Of a stretch of DNA of 12,392 nucleotides, positions 7,465 to 12,392 are shown piece by piece. The notes beneath the pieces were generated by a model that was given only the letters and a program-made list of their open reading frames with translations, had not been told where the DNA came from and did no database searches. This DNA comes from Promethearchaeota archaeon (lineage in GTDB: Archaea; Asgardarchaeota; Odinarchaeia; Odinarchaeales; JBHLKK01), in contig JBHLPL010000057.1 in NCBI GenBank assembly GCA_048939465.1, positions 1 to 12,392 of the forward strand, read 5' to 3'. The position numbers and the translations under genes were made by a program. How positions within the stretch are numbered: position 1 is the first letter of the stretch; each line of letters begins with the position of its first letter.

Positions 7465-7486
7465 ATCCTTACGTGCTGAAGTTAAA

Positions 7487-7511
7487 GTGAAGTCTAAGAA
7501 ATAGTCTTCAC
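7487..7511. promoter_or_regulatory. Inverted repeat (operator or RNA hairpin) upstream of the AMMECR1 gene
   Basis: GTGAAGTCTA-agaaa-TAGTCTTCAC: 10-bp arms with one mismatch and a 5-nt spacer, directly after TTAAAG and 14 nt before ATG 7526. Confidence 0.5.
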
Positions 7512-7525
7512 AGGTGTTGAGGAAT

Positions 7526-8140
7526 ATGCATCTCAATTTGAAGGAGGGTGAATACCTAATTAGATTTGCAAGAAAGAGTATAGAAACCTATTTGACAACC
7601 GGAGAAAGACTAAAGACCCCCGAAGATGCCCCGAAGATACTCTACGAAAAACGCGGTGTATTCGTTACTCTCCAGAGAATCCTTGAAGATGAGAAACGAC
7701 TCAGAGGTTGCATAGGTTTTATTGTCCCTCAATATTCGCTTATCGAAGCCACGTCTCACTCTTCCATCAGTGCGGCCGTAGATGACCCGAGGTTTCCACC
7801 CGTGGAATTTGATGAGTTGAAAAGAATCGCAATTGAAGTAAGTGTTCTGACTCCTGCCCAACTGGTGAAGATCAGTAGGCCTGAAGACTACCTATCGAAA
7901 ATAAAGGTCGGTCGTGATGGTCTAATTGCAAAGCTCGGGTGGAAAACCGGAGTGTTACTACCTCAGGTACCGGTAGAATATGGCTGGAATGAGGAGAAAT
8001 TTATGAGGCAAACATGCATAAAGGCGTTTTTGCCGCAGGATGCATGGAAAGAAGACGGTTTTGAATTATATTCCTTTCAGTCCCAAATCTTCGAGGAGAA
8101 ATTCCCTAACGGAGAAGTGGAAGAACGCTTCATAACTTAG
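7526..8140 (+). CDS. AMMECR1-domain protein (archaeal type)
   Basis: RGVFVTL, LRGCIG, AAVDDPRFPPV, EVSVLT, GRDGLI, LLPQVPVEYGW. ATG 7526 follows GAGG and is preferred over GTG 7514. Confidence 0.93.
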   Translation: MHLNLKEGEYLIRFARKSIETYLTTGERLKTPEDAPKILYEKRGVFVTLQRILEDEKRLRGCIGFIVPQYSLIEATSHSSISAAVDDPRFPPVEFDELKRIAIEVSVLTPAQLVKISRPEDYLSKIKVGRDGLIAKLGWKTGVLLPQVPVEYGWNEEKFMRQTCIKAFLPQDAWKEDGFELYSFQSQIFEEKFPNGEVEERFIT

Positions 8141-8165
8141 AATGAATTCTACCGAAATAATAGTT

Positions 8166-8180
8166 GAAAAATCTTAAATA
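8166..8180 (+). promoter_or_regulatory. Archaeal BRE + TATA box for module 2
   Basis: GAAAAAT immediately followed by CTTAAATA, 60 nt upstream of ATG 8240, in a 99-nt AT-rich intergenic gap. Confidence 0.6.
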
Positions 8181-8239
8181 TTAGTGGTAGATATTACTGT
8201 TTGCTTCGGGCCTCGTAAATGTGAAAGGGGCGAGTAGAA

Positions 8240-8566
8240 ATGAGTTTGATACTTGCTGTGCCTATTGCGTTCATAATATGTCTGATAGCAGTCGGATTTA
8301 TTTATCTTCTCGGAAGAAAAATGGCTCCTCCAAGCAGGAAGAAGGGTGAAGCTGTGTTAACGTATGCTTGCGGCGAAGACATAGATCAAGAGAAAATCCA
8401 GTTCAAGGTAAACTGGCTTTACTATGCGATCTACTTCGTCATCTTCGACATAATTGCATTTACGCTTTCTCTATCCATTCAGCTTGGTGTACTCGAATCG
8501 GTCCTTATGGCGGTTACGTACTCATTCGTAGCACTCGTGGCAATACTAGTACTCCTAAGACGATAG
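8240..8566 (+). CDS. NuoA/FpoA-like 3-TM membrane subunit
   Basis: TM1, loop TYACGE, then YYAIYFVIFDII and a third hydrophobic helix; 108 aa. Confidence 0.85.
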   Translation: MSLILAVPIAFIICLIAVGFIYLLGRKMAPPSRKKGEAVLTYACGEDIDQEKIQFKVNWLYYAIYFVIFDIIAFTLSLSIQLGVLESVLMAVTYSFVALVAILVLLRR

Positions 8567-8579
8567 AGGTGAATCAATA

Positions 8580-9032
8580 ATGGGATTATTAAAAAGGCTG
8601 GTTGACTGGTCAAGGCGCAAATCACCCTGGCTTCTCCACTTCAACTCTGGAAGCTGTAATTGCTGTGATATTGAGATTTTGGCATCTTTAATGCCCAGAT
8701 TTGACCTAGAACGATTTGGAGTTCTTCTTAAAGGCAGTCCGAGACATGCGGACGTACTTGTATGCACAGGTCCTGTTACGTTACAACAAGAAAAACGCTT
8801 AAGGAGGATCTATGAACAAACACCGGCCCCTAAGTTCGTTATGGTGGTAGGAACGTGTGGAAGTACAGGAGGAGTCTTCAGAGGCTGTTATCATACTCAC
8901 AAAGGTATTGATAATATTATTCCGGTCGATGTCTATGTTCCCGGCTGCCCTCCAAGACCTGAGTCTATACTGTTTGGGGCCGTGAAACTTCTTCAGAAAC
9001 TAGAAGCAGTTCAAAAAGGTGAAAAAGCATGA
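8580..9032 (+). CDS. Group 4 [NiFe]-hydrogenase small subunit 2 (NuoB/MbhJ-like)
   Basis: SPW, GSCNCCDIE, ERFG, SPRHAD, TGPVT, GTC, VPGCPPRPE. Confidence 0.95.
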   Translation: MGLLKRLVDWSRRKSPWLLHFNSGSCNCCDIEILASLMPRFDLERFGVLLKGSPRHADVLVCTGPVTLQQEKRLRRIYEQTPAPKFVMVVGTCGSTGGVFRGCYHTHKGIDNIIPVDVYVPGCPPRPESILFGAVKLLQKLEAVQKGEKA

Positions 9033-10762
9033 CTGTAGAAACTGAAATGGGTGAGGAAGTACTTCTAAAAGAATTCCCTCAAGAGTGGGAAATTGTCCAA
9101 TCGCTGCGGGAGGCACTGGGAGATAAATTTGTGGCCAGCAAAATTCCGCGGAAGCGCAGAGTCTACGTCTCGGTTACTGAGGAAGCCCATCGTGAAGCCG
9201 CCAAACAACTCAAGGCAATGGGTATATGGTATACTCCCACCATCGTTGCTTTGGATCTCAAGGATAAATTTGAAGTCCTCTTCCAGTTTTTTGATAAAGA
9301 GAGAAATGTACATATTGCAATAAGAACTCCGGTTTCGAAAGATAAGCCTGAGCTGGAAACGATAACGGATCTCTTTCCCGGAACCATATTCTATGAGCGT
9401 GAAGTTCATGACTTATTTGGGATTGTTTTCAGAAACCATCCCAATTTAGTGAAACTGCTACTGGCAGATACTTGGCCTGCAGACGAATACCCTCTAAGAA
9501 AGGATTGGAAACCCTCGGCTAAGAAAGTCAAGTCCCGAAGAAAAATACCTCTGGTTACAGCGGGAGAATTCCTTATTGAAGTTGGGCCTCAGACTCCAAC
9601 GCTGAAAGAACCAATGAACTTCGAAGTCATTGCAGACGGAGAAGTTGTGGTTGATATAATTCCTCACTTGGAGTATAACCACCGAGGTATTGAAAAGGCC
9701 ATGGAGCAACGGACTTTCACCCAAGGAATTTACCTTAGTGAACGCGTCTGCGGTATATGCAGTCAACCTCACGCATTCACATTCTGTAGTGCTGTTGAGA
9801 GGTTGCTGGACGTCGATGTACCAAGAAGAGGACAGTACATCAGAACTATGGTTTATGAGATGAACAGAATCCACAGCCACCTTTTGTGGGTAGGCGTTGC
9901 TGCACATCTGATTGGCTGGGATACCTTATTCATGTATACATGGCGTGACCGTGAGGTTATTTTGGATATGACAGAGCTTATTACCGGTGGCCGCTTAACT
10001 GGTGCAATAAACACGATAGGCGGAGCCAGAAGAGACATAAATGACGATCAAATACACAAGCTTCGCAAGGGCTTAGATGTCCTGGAAGAACGTACAAGAG
10101 CGTACAAGAAAATTGCTCTAAATGAAGATACACTGATAAAAAGATGTCTTGGCGTAGGCATTATGAAGCCTGAGCTAGCCAGGAACTTTGCTGCGGTTGG
10201 ACCGACCATCAGGGGATCCGGAATAAAAGCTGATCTTCGTTGGGACGATCCGGAACATGGGTGTTATGATGAGCTTTCAGATGTATTCACTCCTGCAACA
10301 TCGGACTTATGTGACGTTGCTGGAAGGCTAATCGTTCGTGTAGATGAAACATTAGAATCAGTCAACATGATTCGCTGGATCCTTGACCATTTGCCAAGTG
10401 GACCAGTGAGAAAAAGAGTGCCCAGAAGGGTTCCAAGGAATGAGGCTGTCGGAAGAACTGAAGCTCCTCGAGGGGAAGTTTATTATTACATGATGTCTAA
10501 TAACACGGACAAGCCTGAACGTGTAAAGATAAAAACACCGACGATAGCAAACATTCCTGCGTTCGTTGAATCCACAAAGGGACTTTACATTGCAGACTTC
10601 GTGATCAACTTTGGCAGTATTGATCCATGCATCGCGTGTACCTGCAGAACAACAATTACCGATATAAGCCACCCGAGAAATCCAAAGCGACGTGTTATGT
10701 CGCATGAGGAATTGAGGAAGTATGGCATAGACTGGTATGAAGACCGAAAATGGAGGAAATAA
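9029..10762 (+). CDS. Group 4 [NiFe]-hydrogenase large subunit 2, fused NuoC+NuoD
   Basis: EREVHDLFGIVFRNHP, YPLRKD, HRGIEK, L1 ERVCGICSQPH (9740-9772), EAPRGE, KTPT, L2 DPCIACTCR (10622-10648) plus a 37-aa extension. ATGA overlap with the small subunit gene. Confidence 0.95.
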   Translation: MTVETEMGEEVLLKEFPQEWEIVQSLREALGDKFVASKIPRKRRVYVSVTEEAHREAAKQLKAMGIWYTPTIVALDLKDKFEVLFQFFDKERNVHIAIRTPVSKDKPELETITDLFPGTIFYEREVHDLFGIVFRNHPNLVKLLLADTWPADEYPLRKDWKPSAKKVKSRRKIPLVTAGEFLIEVGPQTPTLKEPMNFEVIADGEVVVDIIPHLEYNHRGIEKAMEQRTFTQGIYLSERVCGICSQPHAFTFCSAVERLLDVDVPRRGQYIRTMVYEMNRIHSHLLWVGVAAHLIGWDTLFMYTWRDREVILDMTELITGGRLTGAINTIGGARRDINDDQIHKLRKGLDVLEERTRAYKKIALNEDTLIKRCLGVGIMKPELARNFAAVGPTIRGSGIKADLRWDDPEHGCYDELSDVFTPATSDLCDVAGRLIVRVDETLESVNMIRWILDHLPSGPVRKRVPRRVPRNEAVGRTEAPRGEVYYYMMSNNTDKPERVKIKTPTIANIPAFVESTKGLYIADFVINFGSIDPCIACTCRTTITDISHPRNPKRRVMSHEELRKYGIDWYEDRKWRK

Positions 10763-10763
10763 G

Positions 10764-11810
10764 ATGGTGCTGGAGGCAATTCTCGACATAGTCCAAATCT
10801 TACTTTTCCCGGGAATACTCTTTTGCCTAACTTTGGCACTCTTTTATTCGTGGATAGATAGGAAATATCATGCTGACCTGCAAAATCGAATGGGACCTAC
10901 ATACACTGGTTGGCGAGGGATACTGCAGCCTTTTGCAGACTTCATAAAACTTATGGCAAAAGAAGATATTACGCCGGCAGCAGCAGATAGGAGAAGCTTT
11001 GCCGCTGTACCAGCCGTGATGCTGGCGGTTCCTTTCCTAGGTCTTCTATTCATTCCGATTAGCAATATAGTTGGGATAATTAGCTTTCCTGGCGATATTG
11101 TGTTTCTGATGTTCTTATCGACCATAATCGCAATTTTGATCTTCCTTGCAGGATGGTTCTCAACGAACGTATTCAGTGACATTGGAGCTACAAGAGCTGT
11201 GCTGCAGCTGATAGGATACGAGATACCGTTTATGATAGCGGCATTCTCTCCGGCTATTCTGGCTGGTTCACTTACACTTGCTCAGGTAATCGAATACCAG
11301 GCCACCAACGGCTTGATGCTTTTCCAATTCCCGGCTATATATCAAAGCATTCCTATGTGGGTTGCTTTTGGTGTCTATATGATAGCACTGATGGCTGAAC
11401 TTGAGAAAATACCTTTAGATATTCCGGAAGCAGAAACCGAAATTGTTGCGGGATGGCAGACTGAATATTCGGGCAAGAAATATGCATTCTTGGTTCTGTC
11501 GAATGATCTTCATATGCTATTTGGAGCAGGTCTTGTGGTAACCTTGTTCTTAGGAGGACCCTTTGGAATCGAAAAACTGCCAGGGCTGGCCGGCCTAAAT
11601 GCGTTTATTTCGACGACACCCATAATAAGAGAGCTTTGGTACACAGGATGGTTCATATTGAAGGCTGCTATTGTAGTGCTGGTAATTTCAAACATCAGAA
11701 CTCTATTTGCGCGATACAGAGTCGATCAGATGATTCGCGGATCGTGGAAATATCTTGCACCAACCGCCTTGATAGGAGTGATATTGATTCAACTCTTCAG
11801 TTTAATCTAA
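10764..11810 (+). CDS. NuoH/HycD/MbhM-like membrane anchor subunit 2
   Basis: QNRMGP, GILQPFADFIKLMAKE, LIGYE, DIPEAETEIVAGWQTEYSG, ARYRVDQ. ATG 10764 follows GGAGG (10752-10756) and is preferred over track start 10737. Confidence 0.94.
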   Translation: MVLEAILDIVQILLFPGILFCLTLALFYSWIDRKYHADLQNRMGPTYTGWRGILQPFADFIKLMAKEDITPAAADRRSFAAVPAVMLAVPFLGLLFIPISNIVGIISFPGDIVFLMFLSTIIAILIFLAGWFSTNVFSDIGATRAVLQLIGYEIPFMIAAFSPAILAGSLTLAQVIEYQATNGLMLFQFPAIYQSIPMWVAFGVYMIALMAELEKIPLDIPEAETEIVAGWQTEYSGKKYAFLVLSNDLHMLFGAGLVVTLFLGGPFGIEKLPGLAGLNAFISTTPIIRELWYTGWFILKAAIVVLVISNIRTLFARYRVDQMIRGSWKYLAPTALIGVILIQLFSLI

Positions 11811-11817
11811 GAAGGTG

Positions 11818-12207
11818 ATGTTAATGCCTTTCCCCGGAGCTATGCAAGCAGAATTGTTGAGACATCTCACAAAAAAGAGAGCAACTCTGCTCTATCCATT
11901 TGAGAAGCTGGATTTACCCGAGGCGTATAGAGGTCGATGGTCTCACGATATGGCTAAATGCACCGGCTGTGGTCTCTGTGCAAAGGATTGTCCAAGTGAA
12001 GCCATACAGCTAGTTGAAACAGATATAACGCCAGGAGGCAGATACCCCGTTTGCTACCTGAGTAGATGCATGTTTTGCGCTCAGTGTCAAGATACTTGCC
12101 CTACAGGTGCTATCCAGCTAACAAACGAGTATGAGCTCGCTGATTATCAGAAAAGAATCATCGATAGCAACGTACCCGAAGGATTTAGATACGAAAAGAG
12201 TAAATAA
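11818..12207 (+). CDS. NuoI/MbhN/EchF-like 2x[4Fe-4S] subunit 2
   Basis: ATLLYPFEK...YRG, CTGCGLCAKDCP, CMFCAQCQDTCP. Start could be GTG 11815, ATG 11818 or ATG 11824 (AGGTGA Shine-Dalgarno favours 11824). Confidence 0.93.
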   Translation: MLMPFPGAMQAELLRHLTKKRATLLYPFEKLDLPEAYRGRWSHDMAKCTGCGLCAKDCPSEAIQLVETDITPGGRYPVCYLSRCMFCAQCQDTCPTGAIQLTNEYELADYQKRIIDSNVPEGFRYEKSK

Positions 12208-12212
12208 ATCAT

Positions 12213-12276
12213 CCCCTCCTTTATTTATTCTTACGTTCGTCTTACTTTTAGCCATATTCTTTCAGTATTCTTTCTG
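12213..12276 (+). terminator. Pyrimidine/T-rich probable terminator region after module 2
   Basis: Strongly pyrimidine-biased + strand right after stop 12207 (CCCCTCCTTTATTTATTCTT...CTTTT...TTCTTTC). Confidence 0.4.
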
Positions 12277-12326
12277 TTAAGTAAATAAAACAAGATTACT
12301 GATTCCTACCCAATGTTTTTTGTTTT

Positions 12327-12392
12327 CAGAAAGATTTAAAAGAAACAAGCATAAATACTAAGTGCAAATGGTTTAGTATATTAAATCGGAGG
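12327..12392 (+). promoter_or_regulatory. Possible BRE/TATA and ribosome-binding site of the next downstream gene
   Basis: CAGAAAGA-TTTAAAAG at 12327-12342 and GGAGG at the last five bases (12388-12392). The gene itself is outside the window. Confidence 0.4.

Noticed and set aside
8212-8234. Hairpin CTCGT...GCGAG masking the ribosome-binding site of the NuoA-like gene
   Set aside because: Only 5 bp including a G-U pair with a long loop; too weak to support.
1624-9032. Selenocysteine read-through at TGA stops (1626, 5209, 6945, 7403, 9032)
   Set aside because: Each TGA falls at the natural end of the protein, and all metal-ligand positions are ordinary Cys codons.
94-11818. Numerous minus-strand and alternate-frame ORFs of 60-146 aa in the ORF track (e.g. 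705-1010, 3109-3423, 6169-6609, 9494-9907, 10358-10789, 6764-7036)
   Set aside because: All lie wholly or largely over well-supported + strand genes and show no recognisable motifs; treated as shadow ORFs.
3470-12207. Annotation as NADH:quinone oxidoreductase (complex I) or Fpo
   Set aside because: Both D-like domains keep RxCGxC and DPCxxC Ni ligands, and no NuoEFG/FpoF or NuoJK genes are present.
12210-12256. Minus-strand AGGAGG near ATG, and a 45-aa antisense ORF overlapping the last gene
   Set aside because: Shine-Dalgarno spacing is only 2 nt and the ORFs overlap the NuoI-like gene with no motif; explained by the pyrimidine-rich terminator tract.
1-12392. tRNA, rRNA, CRISPR arrays, IS elements, inteins
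   Set aside because: Coding density leaves only three gaps of about 100-185 nt, none with such structure; proteins have family-typical lengths with no intein-sized inserts.

Overview
Archaeal-type window in which every supportable gene is on the + strand, carrying two different group 4 (energy-converting) [NiFe]-hydrogenase modules separated by an AMMECR1-domain gene. Module 1 (<1-7403) encodes a HycB/CooF/DmsB-type 4x[4Fe-4S] protein, a cysteine-free protein resembling only the C-terminal helical part of HdrC, a divergent HdrB, a single MrpD/MbhH-type antiporter-like subunit, a small membrane protein, a fused NuoC-D-type large subunit with intact Ni ligands, and NuoH-, NuoI/HycF- and NuoB/HycG-like subunits. 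It resembles a formate-hydrogenlyase chassis with a non-canonical disulfide reductase in place of formate dehydrogenase, although the operon's 5' end is outside the window. Module 2 (8240-12207) has a probable BRE/TATA promoter of its own and complex I gene order (A-B-CD-H-I). It keeps the [NiFe] ligands, has no antiporter subunit in the unit, and shows unusual motifs: CNCC in the small subunit, GPQTP and DPCIACTCR in the large subunit. No RNA genes, CRISPR arrays, mobile elements, hdrA or hydrogenase maturation genes were seen. All family assignments come from motif recognition by eye, not database searches.
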